Below, in pieces: positions 1 to 9,109 of a stretch of 64,000 bases of DNA. The translations under genes and the position numbers were made by a program. Numbering within the stretch: the stretch's first letter is position 1; each line of letters starts with the position of its first letter. The notes under the pieces were generated by a model. It ran no database searches. It was given only the letters and a program-made list of their open reading frames with translations, and was not told where the DNA came from. The DNA is from Deltaproteobacteria bacterium. GTDB taxonomy: Bacteria; Myxococcota_A; UBA9160; UBA4427. The stretch is taken from NCBI GenBank assembly GCA_002691205.1, contig NZHD01000020.1, positions 92,995 to 156,994 of the forward strand, in the 5' to 3' direction.

Positions 1-789
1 GTGAATCACAGGCAAGCCATCGAGATTCTCCACAGCGCTGTTCAATGTGGCGATTCGCATGAGGTCAGGAGCAATCATGACATTCACAACTTCATCTTCA
101 AGCTCACTCAAGATCTTATCTAGGAATTGGGATTCTTCACTCGATAGAGCCAGGATGACATAATCCACACGGTCTCTAGAGAGAATGGACTTGAGGTCGG
201 TGTACTGCCCAATCACATCCACAGAGCCAACCTTTCGCCCCGACAAGCCATTCGAAAGCGCACCCAGAATACGAAGCCCTGAGCCCAGTTGGCCTTGAAT
301 CCGCTCGATCACTTCCTCGGCCAGCCGACCTTCTCCTAAAACGAGCGCAAAGCGCTGATTGTACCCGCGACTACGCGCTGAACGAAGCACCTTCCGGAGT
401 ACAAACCGTGAGCTGACGAGAAGAAACGGAACCGTCGCTCCGAAAATAATTACGGCACCTCGAGAGTACGAGTAGCTTCGAATAAAGAAGGATAAAGCGA
501 GAAGGAGAACGATGGTCCCGAGAACTGTTCGACCAATATCCCAAGACTCCTCAACGAAAGTCCCCAACCTCTTTGCCTCATAGATCCGGTTACGTCTTGA
601 GAGCACGAACCAGAGAGGCAAGATCACACCCAGAGCCAGTGCATAGTCCTGAATTGGGGGCTGGCCCTTCGTGACCTCAAGTCCCGTCTCAAACCGAAGC
701 CAGTAGGCCAGCATCCAGGCAGCGGCCACCAAAACAAGATCCGCCCCCATAACGAGGCTGCGGAAAATTTCACTGTGGCGATACAGCAC
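1..789 (-). CDS. Undecaprenyl-phosphate glucose phosphotransferase (WcaJ-like), 5' part; runs off the window start
   Basis: Not in the ORF track; translated by hand. GTG at 789 after GAGGT gives MLYRHSEIFRSLVMGADLVLVAAAWMLAYWLRF, several TM helices, then RGYNQRFALVLGEG (CoA-binding-like domain). Confidence 0.8.
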   Translation of the reverse strand, partial: MLYRHSEIFRSLVMGADLVLVAAAWMLAYWLRFETGLEVTKGQPPIQDYALALGVILPLWFVLSRRNRIYEAKRLGTFVEESWDIGRTVLGTIVLLLALSFFIRSYSYSRGAVIIFGATVPFLLVSSRFVLRKVLRSARSRGYNQRFALVLGEGRLAEEVIERIQGQLGSGLRILGALSNGLSGRKVGSVDVIGQYTDLKSILSRDRVDYVILALSSEESQFLDKILSELEDEVVNVMIAPDLMRIATLNSAVENLDGLPVIH

Positions 790-904
790 CCATGGACCTC
801 ATTTAGAATTAAAACACTCTACAAGCGGGCGGCCTATCGCCCACCGCTTTAGGATAACGCTCCGAAGCTTCGAAATCTTCCTTTGGGAAATTTACCCGTT
901 TTCC

Positions 905-2140
905 TCAAATTCCCGCCTCCTCCGCATCCATCTCGATGGCATCGCGAAGCTCAGAAAGAAAGCTCGGCAAAGCCGAACTCACACGACTCCAGTTTGGAAT
1001 TTGCGGTGCACCCATGGGGTCTCGAACGAAGCTCAGACCTGCCGTCCGCAAGGCCCCCGAAAAAGTCTCCACTGCCACCTCTTCGGCGTGCCGATCAAAC
1101 TCGAGACCATTCAACTTCGCGTCGTTACTGAAGCTCGCAATCGCGTCCTGAGCAGTCCTAACGTATGAGGCGATCATTGTGTTCAAGAAGCCTGCCTCAA
1201 ACTCGACCCCATAACTGGCCAAATTCCGAATCAGGGAGGAGGCGATATCAACGACCATCCTATGAAGACCCGCGTTGGCGTCGTTTTCGGAAAGTTCACG
1301 ATGCTTATGTTCATAATTTTCGACGAGCTCAACCTGACAAACTCGCTTCAGCGCACTGTTGCGAAAGACCTCAGCCAACACGCCGATCTCTAGCCCCCAG
1401 TCCGCAGGGATCCGATTGGCTCGCACCAAATCTGTAGTCATTGAGCACTCTCCAGCAAGTGCGTAACGAAAAGACTCCAGGTATTCCAGAAGGGGGATGG
1501 GCCCCAACACCGCCTTCATCGAGCGAAGCAAAGGCATCATAAAAAGACGCGTCACACGACCGTGCAGCCGATCCGTGACTCGACTGTAATACCCCTTTGC
1601 AAACTCATAATTCATATTCGGATTAGCGGTGGGGTAACACAGCCGGGCCAGCAACTCTCGCTGATAGTTTCGAATATCGCAATCATGAATGGCGACCACA
1701 CGTGACTCTTGAGTCGCCAGCACGTAGCCATAGGCCACCCATGTCGCCAAGCCTTTTCCAGAAGGACCTGGATCCAAACCTTCCTCGCCTAACTGCCTCA
1801 TCAAGGCTTTGAGACGGGGGCCATCGTTCCAAATCACCACCGAGCCTTTGCCCTCAATACAGCGAACAGGCTCAAACAGGTCACGCATCTCTTTGAATTC
1901 ATTTAAGCCAGCGGTACCCGAAAGACTCACCACACATTGTCTCAGATAGGGAACCTGGGAAAGCTCATCTACGATTCCCTTGAGAGCTGGACCTCGCGCT
2001 TCCGAAAACAGGGAGGGCAGCACCAAGGCAATCGGCCTCTCCTCGGAGTAATCCAGGAGCTCTCTCTCTAAGCGCGGCAGATCGGGCTTTCCTAAGCGGT
2101 GCAAGGAAGTCACCACGCCGGTCTGATGAAAATCTGACAT
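905..2140 (-). CDS. gpgS: Glucosyl-3-phosphoglycerate synthase-like glycosyltransferase
   Basis: MSDFHQTGVVTSLHRL start, LVLPSLFSE, DxD motif (IHDCD), AKGYYSRV, YALAGE, DWGLEIGVL; start moved to the second Met. Confidence 0.75.
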   Translation of the reverse strand: MSDFHQTGVVTSLHRLGKPDLPRLERELLDYSEERPIALVLPSLFSEARGPALKGIVDELSQVPYLRQCVVSLSGTAGLNEFKEMRDLFEPVRCIEGKGSVVIWNDGPRLKALMRQLGEEGLDPGPSGKGLATWVAYGYVLATQESRVVAIHDCDIRNYQRELLARLCYPTANPNMNYEFAKGYYSRVTDRLHGRVTRLFMMPLLRSMKAVLGPIPLLEYLESFRYALAGECSMTTDLVRANRIPADWGLEIGVLAEVFRNSALKRVCQVELVENYEHKHRELSENDANAGLHRMVVDIASSLIRNLASYGVEFEAGFLNTMIASYVRTAQDAIASFSNDAKLNGLEFDRHAEEVAVETFSGALRTAGLSFVRDPMGAPQIPNWSRVSSALPSFLSELRDAIEMDAEEAGI

Positions 2141-2182
2141 GGTGCAAGCGTCGCACTCTCCTGCACCCGCTGTCAAGTTCAG

Positions 2183-2560
2183 CTAGTCGACTGCCAAAGC
2201 TTCATATTGAGACGTGATCCGCTCAAGCTTCGCCATGGACACCGAATCAGTCCGATCGAATTCAAACCCGATATCGGTCACCCAAGCATCGGTCTCAGTC
2301 GCCCACGCCACGCGCCCTGAGACGGTGAGCTGCTCTTGACCGATCTCAAACGTCACCGTCAAGACTTCGCCTAATTCGATTTCACACCCGGTCACCTGAA
2401 ACCGAATTCCACCGGCACTTACGTCACGTCCCTGGGCCAAGACCTGATCTCGGCCCGCGGGTGCAATGGTTAAAACCTGATCGGTGGGAATTCGCGGATA
2501 CTTCCGCCTTTCGGGTTCGGGCAAACCCATTAAACCTTGTTGAAACTGATTGTTTTTCAT
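2183..2560 (-). CDS. Single-domain PilZ protein (c-di-GMP receptor)
   Basis: RxxxR (RRKYPR) and DxSxxG (DVSAGG) motifs, followed by GRVAW...IGFEF. Confidence 0.85.
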   Translation of the reverse strand: MKNNQFQQGLMGLPEPERRKYPRIPTDQVLTIAPAGRDQVLAQGRDVSAGGIRFQVTGCEIELGEVLTVTFEIGQEQLTVSGRVAWATETDAWVTDIGFEFDRTDSVSMAKLERITSQYEALAVD

Positions 2561-2630
2561 GATCTCATGACATCGGCGTTAAAGGCCGCCAGCTTAAGGG
2601 GTGGGCGCTGAGGTCGAAGGAGTGAAGGTC

Positions 2631-3713
2631 TTACGCCTCAAACAAGTCAAGCTGAGCGTCTTTTTCCCCTGAAATCGCAACCAACCCGGCTGCCACCACC
2701 CCGAGCGAACGCACTTCCGTGACCAGACTCACTTCACACCGATCCAACAAAGACTGGACCGCTCGCTCAAGGTCAAAGCGACTCCCGATAGCGACCGTGA
2801 GAGTTTCGCTCCGAGTCAAACGTGTTTCATCCACGAGCCCCACACGCAGCGCCAAGCGACTTGTTTTCAAACCATGCCGAGCCAGACTTCCTTCAAGGGC
2901 CGTAGATAATCGGGCCAGACAGGCATCCAATGGGCTCCGATCTCGACTGGGGAGAGACAAAGTCTCCTTACGGCTAATCGTCTTCGGGAACCGCGTCGCA
3001 CGAATTACCGAACGATCCCGCCCAGCAGCCATTTCAAGAATAGCCAAACCGTGATTTCCCAACTCCTGCTCCACCACTTTCGTATCGAGTTGCAAAATTT
3101 GTCCCACCGTACGCGCGCCCATCTCTGCCAATCGACTCGCAGTCTTTACGCCAACCCGCGGCAAACGCGAAAGCGAGAGTGGCCCAAGAAAAGCCGCAAC
3201 ATCTGGAGCCTCAACCCATCCAATGCCCTGCTCGCCCGACTCCTCAGCTGCCAAACGTGCCAACATCTTTGAGGGAGCAATCCCGAGCTGAAGCGGAAGC
3301 CCCACCTCCGACCAAGTCAGCCGTACTACTTCTTCTGCCCAACTTGACACATCATGGGCTCGGACCGGGAGCGAACTATACACTTCGCCCAAACTCCCTA
3401 GTTCTAACTTTTGAAGATTTTCCCTCAGACAGCGCACGAGTACACTCGAAACTTCACGATAAAGATCCATACGAGTTGGGCGCACAATCGCATCGGGGCA
3501 AAGCTCAGCCGCCTCGAGCATCGTCATTCCTACGGAAACGCCGACATCTTGCGCTTGCCGGCTCGCCGATTGCACTTTCCCTTTTTTGCCTGGGTCACCT
3601 CCAACGAGGATAGGCTGGCCCACCAGTTTATCATCGGCGCGACGTTCCACCTCGGCATAGAAGTTAGAAACACCCGCAAAAACAATTCTCGCCCTCGACC
3701 CAACGGCTTTCAT
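2631..3713 (-). CDS. DinB/Y-family DNA polymerase homologue lacking catalytic acidic residues (probable pseudo-polymerase)
   Basis: FYAxVE, GIAPSKMLARLA, LPRVGVKTASRL, little-finger region and C-terminal QLDLF are present, but DMD is GVS and SLDE is SLGE. Confidence 0.85.
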   Translation of the reverse strand: MKAVGSRARIVFAGVSNFYAEVERRADDKLVGQPILVGGDPGKKGKVQSASRQAQDVGVSVGMTMLEAAELCPDAIVRPTRMDLYREVSSVLVRCLRENLQKLELGSLGEVYSSLPVRAHDVSSWAEEVVRLTWSEVGLPLQLGIAPSKMLARLAAEESGEQGIGWVEAPDVAAFLGPLSLSRLPRVGVKTASRLAEMGARTVGQILQLDTKVVEQELGNHGLAILEMAAGRDRSVIRATRFPKTISRKETLSLPSRDRSPLDACLARLSTALEGSLARHGLKTSRLALRVGLVDETRLTRSETLTVAIGSRFDLERAVQSLLDRCEVSLVTEVRSLGVVAAGLVAISGEKDAQLDLFEA

Positions 3714-6316
3714 CGAGTGGGCTCCAAGATGAGACGAGCGGTTGTCTCGTCCTCAACGAGCACTCGACTCATAAGCAGCAGGCCCGGCCGGCCCTTTGCC
3801 CAACCTTCCAACCCATCTCCGAAATGTGCACTCTCAGGGAATTCAGACTGACCAGGCGCCAAACTCGTCAGCATCCGGTCCGGAGCCGACAGGTCTACAG
3901 CCATCCGATAGAGGGTCGCTCTATCCGTTTGGAAATCTTCAGAGATTCCGAAAGCCGTTGAAGATAACGTGGCGTCCCCTCCGCCGACTCGGAGTTCAGG
4001 CAGTTGAAGAGAGCCAGAGGGGTCCGGCCCAAAGGCTTCAAACTCGAGACCATGCAGGCCTCCCCACTGCCAGTCTCGACGATCCGGCCCCAACCGTTGT
4101 GACAGCACAACCCATGTCTGTCTGAGCCCCTCATGCACGATTCGCGTGACGTGGTCTCGGTCGGTCCACCCTCCGGCTTCCATACGACGATCTGCAGCCA
4201 CCAAAACCCGCGCCACCAGCGACTGGGGGCGAACGCCGGGTAAAGCCAAATATCTTTCGAGGAGAACGTCTCCGAGAACAGGCCGAAACAGCCGATCGAA
4301 AATCGATTGGATGAGCACAGCGTAGGCTGCGGCTCCCTGACTTGAAGCCGAGAGCTCTCCATCCCAACGAGACAAAATAGACAGGATTTCCTTGGCCTCC
4401 GGACGAAGGGGAGCAACTTGATTTGCGATACTCGATATGGCAGGGACGACTTCGGTCGCCTCAACGTCGCGCACGTCCACTACTAATTCGGCTGCGCTCC
4501 GCAGATCAAGCCTTTCCGGAATTTGATTCGCTCCGGAGCCTTCAAATTCATTCGCCATCATTTCGATTAATATCCGCTCGAGACGTCGCTGGCGAACACC
4601 CGGCTGCCAAGACCATTCAATTTCTGCACGACTTAAACCTGCAGAAAGTCCGCCGTCGGCCACGGCGACCCAAGCACGCTCCGAACGGCCTTCCCCGAGT
4701 GCCTCGGTACCAAGACGAATGATTGGCAGATCCTCGTAAGGAATGGGCCCCCGCCAATCGTAAATTCTCATACGCCCAGGAACCGGCACCAACCGAGAAG
4801 GCAATGTTCTCCGGGGTAGCCAACCCGCCCATTGCATCCCGCCCTGCCCCTGATTGTCCGCGTAAACAACTGCAACCACCGGCTCGTGATGTGAACGCAA
4901 CGCAGCTACGAGTCCAGAGGCATCCCGTGCTTGGACAACTTCTAAAAACGAGGCGATCCCATTGCCCGGACGGGAACCCGTCCACGCCAAGGAGTGGGGT
5001 GGACGTTCCGTTAAGCCACGTGGCTTCAAGCCTTCGCGAGCCAAAGACAAAGAATCTGAAAATAAGCCATCGATAAGGGGACCGTGGCGAGTCGAGCGAA
5101 TACGAAACTCCTCCTCACCCAACCCTCCCGGCTTCAATATCCCAATCTTTTCCACTCGCTCTTCAAGATCCACCCAGCCCTGACCATCATGGTAGATCTC
5201 TCCCGATTGACGCAATGTCTCTTGATAGAGATCGGCCGTTACGGCCCCGGACGGAAGAGCGGCCCAAGCCAAATCCAAATTTCGCCCCGCCCAGAACACA
5301 GGGACACCCGGCACGGTCACACCGGCCACATTCAGAGAAGCCCCCTGAAGTTGAACCTGATAGAAGAGCGAAGGCACCGTCGGTGGCAGTTGATAATCTG
5401 CCACTAACGATGGAGCACCGCTCTCTGTATACATTCCGGCCAGAACCCAAGCCGTGCCGCCAAAAATCCGAGCTGCCTTTAAGAAGTCGGAAGACCCGAG
5501 CGAGGGCTCGCCTCGATTCAGCCCGTCCGGTACGTCTCGATACACCGGAGGCGAGCCTTCTGAATCCACGCCCGACGGGTCCCCTGCAATGCTCGCCGGT
5601 CTAAACAATCTCGCCCATCGACCTCCGAGGGATCGGATCAAATCATCCAGAACTAACTCTGTCTGAATCCCATTGCTCGTCTCCCACGCAATCAGCTTCG
5701 AAATCGCCAAACTATCTACAGGACCCCAGTCTTTCTCGACTTTTCCTGAGGCCCCGTTCAGTTCCTTGGCCACCCCACGATCCGTATCCCTCAGCCCCAA
5801 CCCCAAATTGACCCCGCGTGAGTAGGCCTCAAGGACTGACCGAGTCCTCTCATCCAACCGAGCCCATTCCTCCTGAGCGAGCTTCGCCAGTCCCAAAGTT
5901 CGGACCAATTGGTCGGTTCCAAGAGCCGATTCCCCGAGGACCTCCGAGATCGTCCCCTCCGCCAAGCGACGCAACCAAAGCATCTGAGATGGACGGTCAT
6001 AGGCGTGGGCGAGCCCTAAAGAGAGCCAGGCATCCATATCCTCTCGCGCTTCCACGTGCGGAACACCTCGGCCGTCCCACAAAATCTCGACCCTCGAGGA
6101 CAGGCCTCCTGTCACCTCTAGAGTAAGATCAAGCGGCGTCGAAGCACGCTTGACCCGCAGGTACTCTGCCCCCCAGCCCAAACCGAGCACAAGAACCACG
6201 AGTCCAAGAAGGATGGCCCCGATCCTCTGCGTACCGCCTCGCTCCGCAAAACCGCTCCAAATGCGACTCAGATTCAGGCCTTCGCTGCGTCCCACATTGA
6301 ACCCCACAATTGGCAA
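3710..6316 (-). CDS. Penicillin acylase family (S45, Ntn hydrolase) homologue with N-terminal TM anchor; nucleophile Ser absent
   Basis: DGRGVPHVEA, GLAHAYDR, PSLFYQ, GVTVPGVP, GRN..LAW, RSTRHGP, PGQSE motifs; GSNxW reads GGTAW. Start codon uncertain. Confidence 0.85.
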   Translation of the reverse strand: MPIVGFNVGRSEGLNLSRIWSGFAERGGTQRIGAILLGLVVLVLGLGWGAEYLRVKRASTPLDLTLEVTGGLSSRVEILWDGRGVPHVEAREDMDAWLSLGLAHAYDRPSQMLWLRRLAEGTISEVLGESALGTDQLVRTLGLAKLAQEEWARLDERTRSVLEAYSRGVNLGLGLRDTDRGVAKELNGASGKVEKDWGPVDSLAISKLIAWETSNGIQTELVLDDLIRSLGGRWARLFRPASIAGDPSGVDSEGSPPVYRDVPDGLNRGEPSLGSSDFLKAARIFGGTAWVLAGMYTESGAPSLVADYQLPPTVPSLFYQVQLQGASLNVAGVTVPGVPVFWAGRNLDLAWAALPSGAVTADLYQETLRQSGEIYHDGQGWVDLEERVEKIGILKPGGLGEEEFRIRSTRHGPLIDGLFSDSLSLAREGLKPRGLTERPPHSLAWTGSRPGNGIASFLEVVQARDASGLVAALRSHHEPVVAVVYADNQGQGGMQWAGWLPRRTLPSRLVPVPGRMRIYDWRGPIPYEDLPIIRLGTEALGEGRSERAWVAVADGGLSAGLSRAEIEWSWQPGVRQRRLERILIEMMANEFEGSGANQIPERLDLRSAAELVVDVRDVEATEVVPAISSIANQVAPLRPEAKEILSILSRWDGELSASSQGAAAYAVLIQSIFDRLFRPVLGDVLLERYLALPGVRPQSLVARVLVAADRRMEAGGWTDRDHVTRIVHEGLRQTWVVLSQRLGPDRRDWQWGGLHGLEFEAFGPDPSGSLQLPELRVGGGDATLSSTAFGISEDFQTDRATLYRMAVDLSAPDRMLTSLAPGQSEFPESAHFGDGLEGWAKGRPGLLLMSRVLVEDETTARLILEPTR

Positions 6317-6370
6317 GCCCCCAGTGTAGCGGGACCCGCCCGCTCAGACCCAAAATACGAAGCCGGAACA

Positions 6371-6399
6371 TTGTCGATTTCCGAAGCGACCGGTAGAAT
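6371..6399 (+). promoter_or_regulatory. Sigma70-type promoter for pgk operon
   Basis: TTGTCG (6371-6376), 17-nt spacer, TAGAAT (6394-6399), about 50 nt upstream of the pgk start. Confidence 0.55.
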
Positions 6400-6449
6400 G
6401 CCGCGCCGGCACAATCATGTGCCTTTTCCCCTAGAGAGGGTCACCCGAG

Positions 6450-7649
6450 TTGCACGTCACCAGCCTGGATGATTGGATTTCCCGAGCGAAGGACACCCCG
6501 CGTTCCCTGCGAGGTCGGAGGGTTTTTCTGCGAGCCGACCTGAACGTCCCTCTTGACGGCAATCGGGTCCGAGACGACACACGAATCAGAGCCTCCCTGG
6601 GCACGCTCACCCGACTCTTAAACGAAGGCGCCAGCGTGATTTTAGCGTCTCATCTCGGACGTCCTAAAGGGCAAGTCAATCCGAGCCTTTCCCTCGCACC
6701 CGTGGCAGTTCGTCTTTCCGAGCTTATTCCCAACCCAGTCCACTTCATAGCCGATTGCATTGGAAAAGAAGCCCAAACCGCAGCGGCCGCACTTAGCCCC
6801 GGAGAAGTTCTCGTCCTTGAAAATTTAAGGTTTCATCCAGGCGAAACCGAAAATGATCCCAAGTTTGCCGAAGAGTTGGCTCAGTTGGCCGAGGCCTATG
6901 TCAACGATGCATTTGGGACCGCTCATCGAGCCCATGCCTCAACGGTGGGGATCGTCCACCACCTGCCCGACGCAGTCGCCGGAGACCTCTTGCGTGCTGA
7001 ACTCTCTCACCTTGGAGTCGTCCTTGAGCCCCAGCGCCCTCTCCTATGCCTGCTGGGCGGAGCCAAGGTCTCAGATAAAATGGGCGTTCTTCGAGCCCTT
7101 TCAGAACGCGCAGATGTTCTCGCCATTGGAGGCGCAATGGCATACACCTTTCTCGCGGCCAAGGGACATAGCGTAGGCCAATCTCTGGTCGAAACGGATC
7201 GCATCGACGACAGCCTCAGCATCATGGAGGCCGCGAAAACCAACCAGTGCAAACTCCTCCTCCCCACCGATCACGTGATTGCACGTGGCCTAGAAGAAGA
7301 CAGTGAGACCCGGATCGAAAGTGAGATCCCAGAGGGCTGGATGGGGGTCGATATAGGTCCTATGACCGCGACCGCCTACGCCCATGAAGCCAAGCTCGCG
7401 CAAACCATCATGTGGAACGGACCCATGGGTGTCTTTGAGATCGTTTCTTTTGCCTCGGGTACACGTGAAGTTGCTCAAGCGGTGGCCGGCGCTTCGGCCA
7501 CTAGCGTGGTGGGGGGCGGAGATTCTCTCGCGGCCATCAATCAACTGGAGTTGGGCGATCAAATCAATCACTTATCCACAGGCGGAGGCGCGTCCCTCGA
7601 ATTTATTCAGGGCCTCACTCTTCCTGGCGTCGCAGCACTGGAGAAATGA
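6450..7649 (+). CDS. pgk: Phosphoglycerate kinase
   Basis: RADLNVP, SHLGRP, LLENLRF, NDAFGTAHRAH, GGAKVSDK, WNGPMG, GGGDS, STGGGASLE. Confidence 0.97.
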   Translation: MHVTSLDDWISRAKDTPRSLRGRRVFLRADLNVPLDGNRVRDDTRIRASLGTLTRLLNEGASVILASHLGRPKGQVNPSLSLAPVAVRLSELIPNPVHFIADCIGKEAQTAAAALSPGEVLVLENLRFHPGETENDPKFAEELAQLAEAYVNDAFGTAHRAHASTVGIVHHLPDAVAGDLLRAELSHLGVVLEPQRPLLCLLGGAKVSDKMGVLRALSERADVLAIGGAMAYTFLAAKGHSVGQSLVETDRIDDSLSIMEAAKTNQCKLLLPTDHVIARGLEEDSETRIESEIPEGWMGVDIGPMTATAYAHEAKLAQTIMWNGPMGVFEIVSFASGTREVAQAVAGASATSVVGGGDSLAAINQLELGDQINHLSTGGGASLEFIQGLTLPGVAALEK

Positions 7650-8428
7650 TGCGGACCTTAATTGTCGCGAATTGGAAAATGAATAAGAATCTCGCAGAAG
7701 CGAGTCAATTCATCCAAGACCTATTGGCGATTTGGAAAGCCGGAGGACCTGGAGCGCACTCCACTGAGGTCGTCATCGCACCGCCTTACACGGCGCTCTC
7801 CCCGACCGGAGAGGCCCTGACCGGGAGCCCCCTTCGGCTTGCCGCACAGGACGTGTCAGCCCACAAGGAAGGGGCTTTTACCGGTGAAGTCTCGGCCGGC
7901 ATGCTGGCGGACATCGGCTGTGAATACGGCTTGGTGGGGCACAGTGAAAGGCGCTCTGGGGCCTTTGAAAGCAACGCCATCGTGGCCCAAAAGGCCGAGC
8001 AACTGTGCCTGAACGGTCTCAAACCCATCGTATGCGTTGGAGAGACTCTTGGGGACCGGGAATCGGGAGACACTGCGGAGGTGGTCCTAGAAATGCTACG
8101 CTCCAGCCTGCCGCCCCCGGGAACTCCCGGTCGAGATAAATTGGTGGTAGCTTATGAGCCCGTGTGGGCCATCGGAACCGGGCTCACCGCTTCGCCGGAA
8201 CAAGCCCAGGCCGTGCATGCAATCATCCGGGACTGCCTTGAAGAGGAGATGGGTGAAGCCGGAAAAAGAACGCGAATTCTATATGGGGGGTCGGTAAACC
8301 CCCAAAATGTAAAATCAATCTTGAGCCAAAATGACATTCACGGTGTCCTCGTCGGGGGGGCGAGCTTGGATGCAATTGAGTTTGGCCGGATTTTCGGATA
8401 TTTAGACTCGGAGGACCTTCCATCATGA
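7646..8428 (+). CDS. tpiA: Triosephosphate isomerase
   Basis: ANWKMN, GAFTGEVS, GHSERR, AYEPVWAIGTG, YGGSV, LVGGASL. Confidence 0.97.
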   Translation: MMRTLIVANWKMNKNLAEASQFIQDLLAIWKAGGPGAHSTEVVIAPPYTALSPTGEALTGSPLRLAAQDVSAHKEGAFTGEVSAGMLADIGCEYGLVGHSERRSGAFESNAIVAQKAEQLCLNGLKPIVCVGETLGDRESGDTAEVVLEMLRSSLPPPGTPGRDKLVVAYEPVWAIGTGLTASPEQAQAVHAIIRDCLEEEMGEAGKRTRILYGGSVNPQNVKSILSQNDIHGVLVGGASLDAIEFGRIFGYLDSEDLPS

Positions 8429-8841
8429 TGACAGTGATTCTTGTACTGCACTTCATGGTCTGCTTTGTGCTGATCACAGTTGTGCTCCTTCAGCGAGGTA
8501 AAGGAGCCGACCTTGGGGCGGCCCTCGGCGGTGGCGGAGCCAACACTGTGTTCGGAAGCCGTGGCGCGGGCAACTTCCTGACCCGACTCACGACGGGCAG
8601 CGCTATTCTTTTCATGCTGACCAGCCTTTCACTCGCTTATATCGGCACCCACGAATCAGAAGTGGGTCTTTTTGACGAGAAAGCCCTCCAAGAGGAGCAA
8701 GCCGCGGAACAGGCTGGCAAAGCCGTTTTCGAGGAAGATGCTCAGAGCCTAGGCCTTGAGGACGTGGGCCTCGAAGAAGTAGGGGGACTTGAAGAAATCG
8801 ATCCTTCAGCCCAGAAGGAAGCGCAAACCCCCACCCCTTAA
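8425..8841 (+). CDS. secG: Preprotein translocase subunit SecG
   Basis: VLLQRGKGADLG...FGS...NFLTRLT with two TM segments; conserved tpiA-secG-tRNA-Leu order. Confidence 0.93.
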   Translation: MMTVILVLHFMVCFVLITVVLLQRGKGADLGAALGGGGANTVFGSRGAGNFLTRLTTGSAILFMLTSLSLAYIGTHESEVGLFDEKALQEEQAAEQAGKAVFEEDAQSLGLEDVGLEEVGGLEEIDPSAQKEAQTPTP

Positions 8842-8901
8842 AGGTGGAGTGGGCGAGACAAACGGAGTTGGGTATCCTCGGCCGACTTCAGAGATACGTG
8901 T

Positions 8902-8988
8902 GCGGCGGTGGCGGAACTGGTAGACGCGTCAGCTTGAGGGGCTGGTGGGGGCAACCCCGTGGAGGTTCGAGTCCTCTTCGCCGCACCA
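8902..8988 (+). tRNA. tRNA-Leu(GAG)
   Basis: GCGGCGG/TCGCCGC acceptor stem, TCAGC-TTGAGGG-GCTGG anticodon arm, long variable arm, GTTCGAGTC, encoded CCA. Confidence 0.95.
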
Positions 8989-9059
8989 TATCGAATAAAG
9001 CCGTGGGAATAAAAGAGATCCTTTTCTGAGAACCTCACCCCTGGGCTCAAAATACCGCT

Positions 9060-9084
9060 CCCCCAGTGATCACTGGGGGTTTTT
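9060..9084 (+). terminator. Intrinsic terminator between tRNA-Leu and convergent nadC
   Basis: CCCCCAGTGATCACTGGGGG followed by TTTTT. Confidence 0.75.
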
Positions 9085-9109
9085 CATGACTGAACAGCCC
9101 CATCCTGCG

